In this document: positions 1-11,814 of the stretch, piece by piece | Layout of the letters: every line of letters starts with the position of its first letter | Numbering within the stretch: position 1 is the first letter of the stretch | Source: Paraphysomonas bandaiensis | Taxonomy: Eukaryota; Protista; Chrysophyceae | Direction: 5' to 3' | Assembly (NCBI GenBank): GCA_965644295.1 | Contig: CBFFRP010000608.1 | Location: forward strand, 35,318-99,317 | DNA: 64,000 nt | The notes under the pieces: model-generated | Databases searched by the model: none | What the model was told of the DNA's origin: nothing | What the model saw: only the letters and a program-made list of their open reading frames with translations | Made by a program: the position numbers and the translations under genes

Positions 1-989
1 AATATGGACAAATATATAGTAGTAGATAATCATATTCGATGCATTTGTGAAGGTGCTGCTTTTGCTAAGAAATTGTAGAGATTGATATATACTGCTTAAA
101 GTTAAATAAACGTCGTTTATCAATACTGTACACATTTCAACTTGCATGGTACAAGCTACCACACGAAACTGTATCCTTCTGCTTTACCTTATGAACACTT
201 ACGATATGATTCACAATTATATCCAGCGCATTAGCAAATAATATTTCTTGAAGTCCACGTCCAGCTTCATATTTCTTAAGGTATATAAGTAGACGATGGA
301 GCCTCTATATCCCTTAATGTGGGATCTACTAGGGGGGTCAGGTTCACTTTCTGGAATGTCATCTGGGGCCCTTAGCTTCCCTCTTTCGCTCCTTCGTGAG
401 CCGGTGTGAACAGATGGCCGAAGTACTCAAGAGAGATGTCTTTCGGGAATGGAATCTTCAAATTTTCATCATCATCAGAGCTTCAGGGTACGCTGTTATA
501 CACCACGCTACAATATGGCCAACCTTTTTCTTGTATGCTGCTTTCATTCCTGCTTCTGTTCATTTCTTCTTATAGTCAGATACATTATCAGCATTCGAGT
601 CAACAGATACAACACGCTGTCGGCGTATACGGCCACTTCCTCTTCACCATTTAGGCAACTCTTCTTCCTTGTCTGAATCTGTCTCACTCATGTTTGCAGT
701 AAGTATGGTCGAATATTGATATATGCCACTAACGGATATGACGTTCAAGGAAAATAGTAGAGTATTCTAACAGTGTTTTACAACTAATAAAGTGGCTATT
801 TCCCTATAAAGTTGTAGTTTCCTCATATAAAAGTGCCGATTTTTCTGTGAAAGCAAATTTTTCACATATGCATGGAAATTGATTATCTACTATATATTCG
901 TCCGTATTCGAGGCATATGTGAAACATTTCCTTTCACAGGTGGGGTTTCTAGATGAGGAAAAAACCCACAGAGTTTCACATATGCAGTC

Positions 990-1178
990 CATACATACAT
1001 ACATACATACATACATACATAATACATACATACATACATACATACATACATACATACATACATACATACATACATACATACATACATACATACATACATA
1101 CATACATACATACATACATACATACATACATACATACATACATACATACATACATACATACATACATACATACATACA

Positions 1179-1207
<29 letters not shown>
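990..1207. repeat. (TACA)n microsatellite, ~0.22 kb, ~110 bp upstream of the FYVE gene ATG
   Basis: Near-perfect CATA/TACA tandem array read directly; it generates the YIHT/MYVC pseudo-ORFs. Confidence 0.99.
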
Positions 1208-1210
<3 letters not shown>

Positions 1211-1316
1211 CAGTAGTTTGGGTAGCTGTTGATGGGTTGTTGTGGTATCATCTTCCAGTATCTGAGTGTGCGTATATATACTCCTGTTAGGGTCTGTATA
1301 TCTCACTAGAGGTCCG

Positions 1317-3291
1317 ATGGATGAAATCATATCTATCCTTAAGTCGGAAGCGTGTGGTAACAGGGAGGAGAGTACGGCTCATCTTCCTGATGTGTCTGAT
1401 CTGTATAGCGCTCATTTCAATAACTTCAGAGGAGTTGCAGTGCGCAAACAGAAAGTGTCCGTACATGGCACAGAGAGTTACATCCGTCGCGTGTTCCTGC
1501 AGTGCGGTATATATAAGTACGTGGGTTGGATGGTGGACGAGGACGCCTATCAGTGTATGGTGTGTGCGGTCGACTTCGATACATTCACAAGAAAACATCA
1601 CTGCAGAGTGTGTGGCGATATCGTCTGCGCAGATTGTTCGGCAGGAACGTTACGGATTACTGAGTTATTAGATTGGGGTCCTGTGCGTGCGTGTGCATAC
1701 TGTAACTACGGACAGGTAGAGTGCGCTATACACACTGATCAGTTGGGGTTAGTGGGTGCATATGAATATGTGTGATTTTTGGTTGTATTCTGTAGGAAGA
1801 AGTATCCATCATCCCTCCGCTGACCAGAATTGTGTCTAATAAATACAGCGAACAATCTTCAACAGATTATAGCAAGCTGCGGCAGGAACAGGTTGCAGAT
1901 GCTATCAAAGCTAGTCGTGGAAGTGATCACCGTGGGGGCATCGGGCAAGAATATGATGAATATCTACATTTGCAACAAGAAGAGGCATTTAGGCTTGCTC
2001 AGAAAGATAATTCAAAAGGATCAGCGGATATTTTAGAGCATCAATATGCGAAGAAAAACCTGCAAACGACCGAATTACAATTAGAAAAAGATCATCCGCT
2101 AGATAGAGAACCATCGCCGCGAGTTGCTGCATCTGAAGCTGTGGTCCCCGTTGTGCTTGGAGAAAAGGTTGCGGGTGATATTGGAGCGGACGTTAAGTCT
2201 TCTATCATACCTAACCCTCCAATTGAGAAGCAGATAGAGAAAGATAGTAACAAGACCCTGCTGGATTCATCCAAAGTCGTCCAGCCGGTCAATTCCCCCT
2301 CGTCGTTGACTTCGAAAGTTACTGGTACTGAGAATTGTTCGACGGATACAGTAATAGAGTTTAGTGGTGAGCCGTATGCTGTGGTTAAGACCAGGCAACA
2401 TCAGCAATACGGCGGCGGGAAAGTATTCATTAATATCTGCCTGTCAGAAGAAGTGACGGAGGCGGTTATTGGCCAGAATTGTCCTCATACTATTATAAGT
2501 AGAAGTGGGGATGAGTGTTCAGCATATGATGTTTGCATACACCCCGGAAAATTGGAAAACAGCGAGAATGAGGAGGTATAGATACTGATATTACTGTGAT
2601 GTCGATATATATGTCATATCCACTCAACTCGCTTCTATGGTAGGTTTACTACGATGTTATTGAGAAACTAAACCAAGAGTGTGACGCCCATCTTGAGAGT
2701 GCGTTCACCCTCCCAAGGATTAGAAAGAATTTTAAAGGCGACCATCAACCAATGTTCACTGCTTCTACTCATAGTGTCCCTTCTCCACCAGATAATAGTG
2801 TGCGCCAGAGTATAAGTATGGTGAATGAAGACATTGTGGCTGGTGATAAACATGAAGGTGTGAGTAAACCTGAACGTTTGTCGCCAGTGGGATTTACTAA
2901 GATTACACCGACTGAATCTAAAGACTCTTCTTCCCCGAGAGTATGCATGGGTTGGCTCAGTCGGGAAGAAGGCACCATTATGAAAGTATTCAAACGACGT
3001 TACTTTGTCCTTGATAAAGGTACTCTTACATGTTTTGAACGAAGCTCAGAAACTCCTCCATATGGACTCAACAAAAAATATAGTGTAACCCTGCGCAGGA
3101 GCACTGAATTAGATCTAGTAAACGCTAAGTCGAAGCCACTAACTCTAAATCAGCTCTATATATCTGATCCAGTGGAGAAAACAGATATATTACTTGAGGC
3201 GGAGAGCGTGGAAGATCACGGGAGATGGGTACAGGCATTACTTCTACATAAGGATTACAACTGCTTGTTACAGAGAAGAAACTCTGTGTAG
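1317..3291 (+). CDS. FYVE + PIH1-like + PH domain protein (3 exons, introns ~1716-1795 and ~2576-2644)
   Basis: Exon 1 has the FYVE signature WxxD..CxxC..F..RKHHCRxCG..CxxC..RxCxxC. Exon 2 has PYAVVKT..KVFINIC..SG.EC.AYDVCIHP (PIH1-like). Exon 3 has a PH domain (GWL.R..FKRRYFVL..W..AL). GT-AG junctions join ORFs 1266, 1832 and 2752 in frame. Confidence 0.85.
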
Positions 3292-3542
3292 TGTGGACTA
3301 AAAGGGGTTAAGTGTTGCCTTTGCAATTGTAGTTATTACATTGTAGTAAAATTTGTGGACCCCTCTTTTTGAGTATAGACAATGCTGTAACACTTAATAT
3401 TTTTCATGTGTGCGAATATTACGAACAAGCTTGCAGTCGGTATTGATGAATGAGTGTAAATCAGTTTGTGACTTCATTATTGTTATCTATCCGAGTAGCT
3501 CAGTAGTCAGTAGGACTTATATGCTACAGGGCTTGGGCGAAA

Positions 3543-3710
3543 GCTTGCGGAGACACACAAGCAGCTGTCGTAGCGCAAATAGTAAATAGTAGGATATCAG
3601 AGTTAAGCACTAGTTAGTTAAATCATTTTGCTACATTAGTTCTGAATCTTACGCGCCTATTGCTAATAGTCAGACATGTACTACTATCTATTGCTAATAA
3701 TAAGACATTC
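3543..3710 (+). mobile_element. Dispersed ~500-bp repeat family, truncated copy 1
   Basis: GCTTGCGG..CACAAGCAGCT, TAGGATATCAGAGTTAAGCACTAGTTAGTTAAA and CTATTGCTAATAATAAGAC are shared with the copy at 11331-11814. Confidence 0.8.
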
Positions 3711-3940
3711 GCTACTAGCTACATGTAGTTTGTATTGCTTATGAATATGTATTATGTATTATATAGTATATAGTAACTAACAGGACTACGTATCCATTAA
3801 TTGAGAATTAATTAATACGCAGCCCTGGTAACTAAATACACGAACTCCTGTTATATGTTGCCAGTATCAAAATTATGGTATTACTATAATTTCAATTAAT
3901 TCAATTACTTGACAATTGAAGCAGGTTGTAGTCAATTGCT

Positions 3941-4440
3941 CCCTCAACAAAGTCGGACCACCCTTTTCGTGGTGTTCTGGGGGATAAGTACCGGTGAGAT
4001 TCTCTCTGGGAAACTAACGTGAGCCGCAAACATAGCCAGCATATATTTTTCTGCCCACGCATAGCCGAATGCTTGTGTGGTACAAGGGACACCAATAAGT
4101 GTCACTTGTGTAGACGTCTTTGGGCCCTGACGAATAAACAATCCGGGACAGGGCCCACGTCAAGGACATCCGGAACAGGGCCCACCAGAGGATAACCGTG
4201 GTATTGGGCTGCCTGCTGAAGCCAAGCATCCGGGATGTTTACCTTAAGAACTCAGAGCGGAAGTGGTCGCACCTTGGTGCTTGCGGCGACGCACAAGCAG
4301 CTTCCGTAGCGTTAATTGTAGGCTAAGAAAAGTGTGTACTGATTAGTTACGGGTAGAGGTCTAACTAGGTTGACTAGCATTCATCTAGCTACTAAGTTGG
4401 TGAAGGTTTTAACGCCTATTGCTAATAATAAGACTTTCAA
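3941..4440 (+). mobile_element. Dispersed ~500-bp non-coding repeat family, full-length copy 2
   Basis: Runs from CCCTCAACAAAGTCG to CTATTGCTAATAATAAGACTTTCAA; aligns by eye with 11331-11814 and with the reverse complement of 55027-55642. Confidence 0.9.
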
Positions 4441-4989
4441 TATACAGTCAATTGCTATTGGATTTATATTTTGCTTCCCCTAATTCTACTGTTGTACTTT
4501 CTATAATTGACAGTTGTTAGTTTGTTAGGAATCCCTGATACCAAGTATAGAAAGTATAGTGACCATAGAAAATGTGGCGACTACAAGAATTTCATCCATA
4601 AGTAATGAGAAGTACATTATCGTTTACAAAACCCATCCGTAAAATCACTGTATTTAAGTAATATATCACCAAAGCCCTAATCCACTGTACTTCATGTCAA
4701 TAAAAGCGAAAACTTCATGACGTAACTTTGAAACTTTGTAAAACAGAAATACATTTAAGAAAGCCATGAGTGAAAGTATATTGCACGAGTAGTCACATAT
4801 TTGGTGTTTGAAAGGTGACGCGTTTAAAATATAACCACTATAGACCTCAACTCAAAATATTTATACGTCTGGGTTACAGATAATGCACGGAAGGTCAAGC
4901 CTCAAAACAGTAGAGGGATAGTGGCCGTGAGTGTATACCTCGTTTCCTACACATGACACAGATGCCTAAAAATCAATACATAAACTACT

Positions 4990-6191
4990 CTATTGTGACT
5001 TGGATTCTATCCACAACTTTCCTCTTTCAGCTTCTCCAGCTATAAGTCTTTTCCATGAGTTATGCGTTTCATGAATTACTTCGACAGCTTTCTTTTCACC
5101 CAAGCACTTCTCATCATACCCGAACTTATTGAGGGGCTTTCCAGATGGAGTTTTGTACCATCGAAACCATTCTCTAATACCTACGAGTACTCAGAGTAAG
5201 AAACTAAATGAGTTCGCATTTATATTACGTAAATGCCTTCCACTATATCCAACATATATTATGCAGAAGATTAACTTACCGCTAATGACCCCGGGCAGTT
5301 TACCTTCAACATCATTCACATCATGTAGCTCCTTTGCCATTGGATCATCAGAGCGAATTGCAATAAGTTTCCAATCTAGTTCGCCACTGTCGATCATAGC
5401 GAGGGCACCAAGAACTTTTACCTGGAATAGAACGACCATGAAAACAAAAGATGGTAAAAATAATTTTGCACCGTTCCAATCTGTGCGGCACGTGACAACA
5501 AATATTATTCCAAAAACCATGATGCTATGTACGACGTGTGGAAGTACAAAGTACACATATACATACATACCGGCGAGATCGAGCCCATCTCAAGAGTGCG
5601 GGACCCTATTTCCACAACATCCAGTGGATCGCTGCACACAGTTATAATATGCATACAAACACAAGAATATGAATGAACTCACTTGTCACCATACGCATTA
5701 ACATCTTTATTCAACTGAGTTGGATCCTCCCATGTCTGAGGGAGGCATCCATAGTTCCAATAGAGGGGTCCGTCATAGCATCTCGGCAACCCGTTCTTAA
5801 CATCTTGAGATATAGGGTTGTACTGTTCTTTCCCATTGATTTCCATCTTAAGGGTAGTATATCGAGGGATCTGATAGTAACTACACGTTAGTCCATATCT
5901 ATGAGGTGATGTGTGTGTATGTGCGTGCATGTGTATGGGAGGTACCTCTGTGATGAAGTTGTAACAGTTATCGTTGGAGTGAAGAGGAATATCGTGCCAC
6001 GGAGACACCTGCCGACCACTACGAACAAACTTCATACGAAAATCTAACTTCCCCAACTCTCCTGATGTGTGAGTGGACACTGTTGATGCATACCGTGCAC
6101 TGTTACGGGCATGCTGAAGGGCCGACAGGGATCTGATAGGGCTATAGCCACACCTAGATACGAAGGAGGATACTCTAACAGGTGATATCAT
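4990..6191 (-). CDS. PPA: Family I soluble inorganic pyrophosphatase with an N-terminal organellar-type extension (multi-exon)
   Basis: Motifs SPWHDIPL, EIPRY..KMEI, NPI.QD.K.G..R, NYG.LPQTWEDP, GDNDPLDVVEIG and VKVLGALAMID.GELDWK.IAI are spread over spliced exons; ends ..KLWIESKSQ* at 4990. Confidence 0.92.
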
Positions 6192-6199
6192 CAGATATA

Positions 6200-6545
6200 T
6201 GATCAGAGTTACGAGTACAGTGCCTGATTGCATGCAGTGGATATACTCTACTGGTAATGGAGCCTCCTCGACACCTGCATGCATGCATATACATATACAT
6301 ATGCATATATACCTATAGGGAGAGTAGCGGCTATACGAGTCGTAGTATGGGAGGTGTACACACACATATACTTATAAGTGTAATACGGTAGATGTATAAC
6401 AGCTGTATACAGATGTTATCGTTATACTGTATGCTGCTGTATCTGCTGTATACTCTACTCTACCATATGCACACACACACACACAGAGAGTTATGCAGAC
6501 ACACACACACACACATATATAGATAGATAGATAGATAGATAGACG
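6200..6545. promoter_or_regulatory. Degenerate TAC/ATA/CA-rich alternating purine-pyrimidine tract with (CA)n and (GATA)n, between divergent genes
   Basis: Lies between the PPase ATG (6191, -) and the ATG at 6585 (+). A regulatory role is inferred from position only. Confidence 0.45.
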
Positions 6546-6584
6546 ATACCAGTCTGATTCAGGTCAGCTGAACCTCGGGTGACA

Positions 6585-8188
6585 ATGAATAGAATATGGC
6601 TACGAGAGTACGAGAAGCTCCTTAGCTCCAACAGACGCGAGAAGACTAAAGACATCAAGCCTAAACTATACGACTCATTACAGACATCCAAACCTGCTAA
6701 GACTAAGAAGAAGAAGCGTAAGGAGATGAAGAAATGTGACCAGACTCTACTAGCCACTCATCTGTTAAAGATGTCTGTCAAAGACGAGTACGTGAAGGGT
6801 GCTCCTGAGGAGAGTGAGAAGATGTTTGCTCAGACTAAACAGGCTCAGCTGCGGCAGAACAATGCACGCCCATACTTTAAGCCGATTAAAAAACTCTCTG
6901 ACGTGGAAGCTAGTGAAGCTAAACGCTCCCAACTTGGCAATACTGGCGATTTGAGCCTGTTCGAGCAACTCTACCCACCTATTGACCCTTATCTTCCGTT
7001 ATGTGTCTATAAGCCGAATTCTCCGGAACGAACAAAGATAGTAATGCGTGATATTGTTGGTACAATTGCGCGCGACCCGATAAAGCGACCACAGAGCAGT
7101 CCAATGAAACGTACGAAGCGTACACCTGACGATGCTGTACAGTCATTCATGGATGATCTGAAGATCACGCGACATGTGCCGTATAGCTCAACACGAGATA
7201 TTCCTGAAGCTGTTGTCGACAATACGACTGCTCAGCGTGCGCAGGAGCATTGGAATGGCATTATGGACAATATTTGGCAGTGTGGTAACGCCATTGAATA
7301 CGGAGATGTTGTTTTTCTTTCCACTCATTGGACGCACGACGCTTGCATGCAGCATATCGTAATGTATCTCTGTACACTTCTTGGCCTGAAAGTTAAACCT
7401 AATGTCGATGATCTAACACCAGTTGTTGAAAGGTCATTATTTAAAGAGTTACTTCCTCTGGTCAAGTACTTCAGAGAGGTATGTTTCTCATGCGTTCATA
7501 TATATTTCTTGCTAAAACGTCATTGCCTGTTTTCTTCGTGTAGATGAATCCTTTGGCTGTACCAGCACGGCGACTACGCAAGGCTACTACATTGTATACG
7601 AAGTATCTTGAGCCAATGCATAGTGCAGTTTTTGTGGCCAAGACTCCTGAATACATGCACAATAATAAGTTTTTAAAGTAAGATAGCGTGTCTGCAGCGC
7701 AAATGGCAAACGTATTGCACATTTTCTTCGATGGATTATGACATTTACTTATAATTATCTTGTTCATTTGTATCTATAGGTGGGTTCACGCCGTTCAAAA
7801 GTCTTTAAATATCGTATTGCAAGCGAGTGTGCATCAGTCCGCTATTGATAATGACGCGGTGGAAGAGGAAGCAGCTGCATCTCGGAAAAGAAAAGAAGCT
7901 TTAGAAAGATCTTACACCCTGAAAAACTCTAAGTCAGCCCCTGGCAAAACGCAAAGTTTTATGGTAACACATAGTGATTACGAACGAGAATCGTCTTCTG
8001 CAAACATGTCGCAGCTGCTTGACATGTCACTAAGTGGGGTGCTTCAGATTGATGAAATTTTCTCGAAGAGTGGTGATCATAGCCAGCAAATAGGAATTGG
8101 TGGCCAGCAATCGTCAGAGGCTGTACCACAGCGTGTATATAGCCATCATGATAGCTCTGGCTCTACCAAGCAGGAGGACGTATCTTGA
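6585..8188 (+). CDS. Hypothetical protein (3 exons, introns ~7479-7544 and ~7678-7779)
   Basis: 322-aa ORF plus downstream frames linked by plausible GT-AG junctions; no motif recognised. Confidence 0.7.
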
Positions 8189-8898
8189 GTTTTATGTATG
8201 TATAGTTTTTAGGTTATACTGAGTGGGCCAAATTCGATGTATATATTTTACAGTTTCTCAGAACATTTGTGTGTCACATATCATGTGTACTTTGTTTATC
8301 TCTCGAGTTTGATTCTCTTTATACCAAACGTGCTGTATATGGCTCTTCAGGTAATTTATTTCTCGTGGAAGAGTCATATTCCGGCAACGATATTTTTCAT
8401 TGAGGTACGAAGTAATCGTAACGACGAGAAGGAGAAATTAAATCATTGCTAATGTAAATAATGCTACAGCTCTATATGAAGAAGTGTTGTTTTCGTGTAC
8501 GAAATGGAAATATCCACCAGTAAAACGCAAATTTAATTGCTTAATACTTTTACAATGTACATATTTAAAAGTTTTACAACGAAATTCGTAAACTAGAATG
8601 TAGGGATGTGACCAATAACGCATACTTTTTCTAATAGTAATTGGAAGCTCAACACCTAAAGCGTGACATTTAATATATACATAACGGTGTTATTTTTCAA
8701 ACGTATTATTAATGCCCAGAAGATTTTTATCACAACACGCTATTACTTCTGCATTATAATAATTAGCAGTAAAGCAGCATTTTATAGGAAGGACAGCGAT
8801 TAATGATATGAAAATTCCTCTACACAATCCATGAGCCATGAGCCTGTCGTATAATCCTGCCATTAAATCAACCTTAACACTACAGCTAACTATAACAT

Positions 8899-9408
8899 TT
8901 AGGAACAACAATCATTTATCATCGACTCAATCTCAGTTTTGTTTTCACCAGATATACTGTGCAACACATTGCCTTCCTTATATATGCGAATATGAGGAAT
9001 TCCGACAATACCAAGAGATTGGTACAACTCGTCGTTATCATCGACGTCTACAGTTACAAATCTGTGAGATTTGTGTATGTTAGCAAGTTCATAGAAAACA
9101 GGCTCTACTCTCTTGCAAGGTTTACACCAGGACGCTGTAAATCTCACAATAGTTATTTTGTCCGAGCCAATCAATTTATCCCACTCATACTCAGGTTTAA
9201 AGTCAATTGCATTCTTTTCCTGGAAATAAGAGTCGGTTTCAGCTGTCTCTGCAGCAGAACAGCATGTCTTCTCTGTGTGTTTGTTGTCCTTCTTATCCCA
9301 TCCAAACACACTCCGTATATACGTCCATAGCGGGCGAAATATAATAAGAACTAACGGAATGAGAGACGAGTAGGGGATACATACGCCGCAGATACATATC
9401 ACTGCCAT
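8899..9408 (-). CDS. Thioredoxin-domain protein (WCKPC) with an N-terminal Cys-rich hydrophobic segment
   Basis: IVRFTASWCKPC..F..VDVD....GI.GIP thioredoxin pattern; N-terminus MAVICICGVCIPYSSLIPLVLIIF. Confidence 0.9.
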   Translation of the reverse strand: MAVICICGVCIPYSSLIPLVLIIFRPLWTYIRSVFGWDKKDNKHTEKTCCSAAETAETDSYFQEKNAIDFKPEYEWDKLIGSDKITIVRFTASWCKPCKRVEPVFYELANIHKSHRFVTVDVDDNDELYQSLGIVGIPHIRIYKEGNVLHSISGENKTEIESMINDCCS

Positions 9409-9477
9409 GTTCAGCACCTTGACAGTTGATTAGCTAGTTCAGTGGTGTGGTTTGTATGGGTAGTTTGATGCAGCTGA

Positions 9478-9860
9478 GGCTGTATGTGTGTATCAATGGA
9501 CGGGCACTCGACAACTAGTGGGCTGGAATATATATACGTACTGTATATATGACAGTGTACCGTGTACTGACTGGGTGTGTTACGAATCGTAGAATAGAAG
9601 CACCGTACGAACACTTGTCTGTTGGTAGGGATTCTAGAAACATGGGGTTTCTTATTAAAACCCTGGTTATTCATCCGCCTAACACGACAGGTATACAACA
9701 CTGCAGTGCTGTACTCTGATCTGTACACCGGATATGTACAGTTACACAGTTCCAGAAGTACAGTACAGTACCTCTCTATGTACACACAGCAGTGCTGTAC
9801 TTGTATACGACACTATACCATACTATACCATACTATACTATACTACGTATATACGAGGAA
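9478..9860. promoter_or_regulatory. Degenerate GTAC/TATAC-rich tract between divergent genes
   Basis: Lies between the thioredoxin ATG (9408, -) and the ATG at 9920 (+); includes TACTATACCA repeats. Confidence 0.4.
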
Positions 9861-9919
9861 CATCTCCTCACAGCTAACAGATAGACAGACACCCTCCTCA
9901 CCCTGAAGGGATATTCCCA

Positions 9920-10888
9920 ATGACAGAGGCCCCTGATGCCGAGTCTCCTATCCCTGTCTATGCAGCTGAGAGTGCAAGTGTCATGCATATGGACGATGAG
10001 GGTATGCATATGGACGACTCGCACACAGTCATATCCGCCACACCTAACATACCCGCTCCGCCTGATTCACCTGACATAAAGGACATTACCAGACGAGTGG
10101 GAGTCACTGAGGCGATAAACACTGATTTAGTCGTTATAAAACGAAAGAAAAAAATAAGTATTCAGATTCCGGACTTTCCGTCCTCAGCCCATCGGTTATA
10201 TCGCGTGTATCTGTCTTCCAAGAAATATAAACATTTACTTGATGAGGCTCGTGGTGGAGTCTATGGTCCCAGCTCACGACCTGAGCTAGAAATACAAGAG
10301 TTTGAGTTTGAGTGTGTTTTACCGTCTGACGACTCGACGAAAGCCTCCACTTCCACTGTATCCAAAACATTACTCATTGAGCTTATATATGACCCTGAGA
10401 AACACCTGTATGTTATTAGTCGTCGTGTTGAAGATAAACTGCTGCTATATTTGCACCAGCACAGAGATAGACACATACTCCATTCGGATGGACTGAAGAG
10501 TGCCATTTGCCGAATAGCTACGTTTGAGATGAGCATGCTGGATTTATTCCGACAACGCATGTTTCGCCGTTTCTTAACGCTCTACATAGCACCGTTATTA
10601 GAGGACCCACTACGGGTGAATTACGCCATCGCGTTTGTACGTGCACTTATAGTATCTGGTGAAGACGAGGTCCTGACACCAGAAGTTAGCGACGACGGCG
10701 GCTGGGAATTCTCCGATTCTTCTTCTGATTCGGAATCTGAAAAGAAGAAAGTGGTCCGCAGAAAGAAGGCTTCAGCGATGGGAAAAGGGGCAACAAAAAA
10801 GAAGGGGTACGCTCCCAAGCATCCGCTCAAAAAGCAGGGGACAGGGTCGAAGCTAAAGAAAACTGGAGGTGGTCAGAAACACAAATAG
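9920..10888 (+). CDS. Hypothetical protein, 322 aa, with acidic/Ser and Lys-rich C-terminus
   Basis: Uninterrupted ATG-initiated ORF with protein-like composition; no motif recognised. Confidence 0.75.
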   Translation: MTEAPDAESPIPVYAAESASVMHMDDEGMHMDDSHTVISATPNIPAPPDSPDIKDITRRVGVTEAINTDLVVIKRKKKISIQIPDFPSSAHRLYRVYLSSKKYKHLLDEARGGVYGPSSRPELEIQEFEFECVLPSDDSTKASTSTVSKTLLIELIYDPEKHLYVISRRVEDKLLLYLHQHRDRHILHSDGLKSAICRIATFEMSMLDLFRQRMFRRFLTLYIAPLLEDPLRVNYAIAFVRALIVSGEDEVLTPEVSDDGGWEFSDSSSDSESEKKKVVRRKKASAMGKGATKKKGYAPKHPLKKQGTGSKLKKTGGGQKHK

Positions 10889-11330
10889 TATGCAACGCTG
10901 TAGATATAATTCTTATTTTCAATTGATTTTGGTATGCGTGTTTACTGTGTTGTCTTAAAACTGCGGTGTATATTTTAAATCTATGTAATTACAAGTGTCG
11001 CTAAAGTGGATTTTACCTGAGAAAGTCATATAGTTGTGTTCGGTAGCAGTTTGTGTACTTATGATTACCTCGAACTGACTAAACGTAAGATGTACTCCAC
11101 TTAGAGCCATTTCAATGTGATGTCTTTTGAAAGTAAAGAATAGTGCCATGCAAGTGTCGGATGCACGTTTTCACCATTATAAGCACTGGTAATTGAATGT
11201 AATCGGTATCGGTATGCAACATCTGACTTAAGTTTGTTGCTCTAGTGCAGCGTGTACATTTTTCTTGATCTTTATTTACTCTTGCTAGAGTAAGCTTTAG
11301 TTTTCTTAAGCCGCAAATTGACTTCAGATC

Positions 11331-11814
11331 CCCAACAAAGTCGAATACGCACCTTTTCGTGGTGTTCTGGAGGCTAAGTACAGGAGAGATTTCTCCGGAA
11401 AACCGTATCTATAGCAAAATGCTTGTGTGATACAAAGGACACAAATTAGTGTCACTTGTGTAGATGTCTCTGGGCCTTGACCAATAAACAGGCATCCGGG
11501 AATGGCCCACCTCAAGGGCATCCAGGGTATTGGGCTTCTTGGGTTGTTCACCTCTTAAGGACTCATAAATCCTGAAGTCAGCAGATGTCAGGTATATCAA
11601 CATTTTGCGTGCACACTGCGTTTGCTTTGAGTTATAGAGCAAAAGTGGTTGCACCTTGGTGCTTGCGGTGACGCACAAGCAGCTTTCGTAGCGTTATAGG
11701 ATATCAGAGTTAAGCACTAGTTAGTTAAACACACGGAAAGGCTTTCTGTGTGTTAAATTGCAGTGCTAAATTAGTTCTGACTCTTAAAAGCCTATTGCTA
11801 ATAATAACACATTC
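11331..11814 (+). mobile_element. Dispersed ~500-bp repeat family, diverged copy 3
   Basis: Same 5' and 3' ends and same core blocks as 3941-4440, with indels. Confidence 0.88.

Noticed and set aside
240-700. Coding-like minus-strand sequence upstream of the first TACA array
   Set aside because: All frames are interrupted by stops and no motif was recognised. It may be a decayed gene or transposon, but no call can be supported.
3527-3827. CAGGGCT..AGCCCTG as a third complete hAT element (likewise 12723-13178)
   Set aside because: The flanking 8-mers do not form a TSD and the TIR match is too short.
4121-4160. Possible hammerhead ribozyme (CTGACGA..AAAC) in the repeat family
   Set aside because: There is no stem II between CTGACGA and the (G/T)AAA, and the core is not kept in copy 3 (CTTGACCAATAAAC).
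3901-4229. Short similar ORFs at 3901-4229, 11324-11678 and 55166-55697
   Set aside because: They are translations of the non-coding repeat; frames and stops are not conserved between copies.
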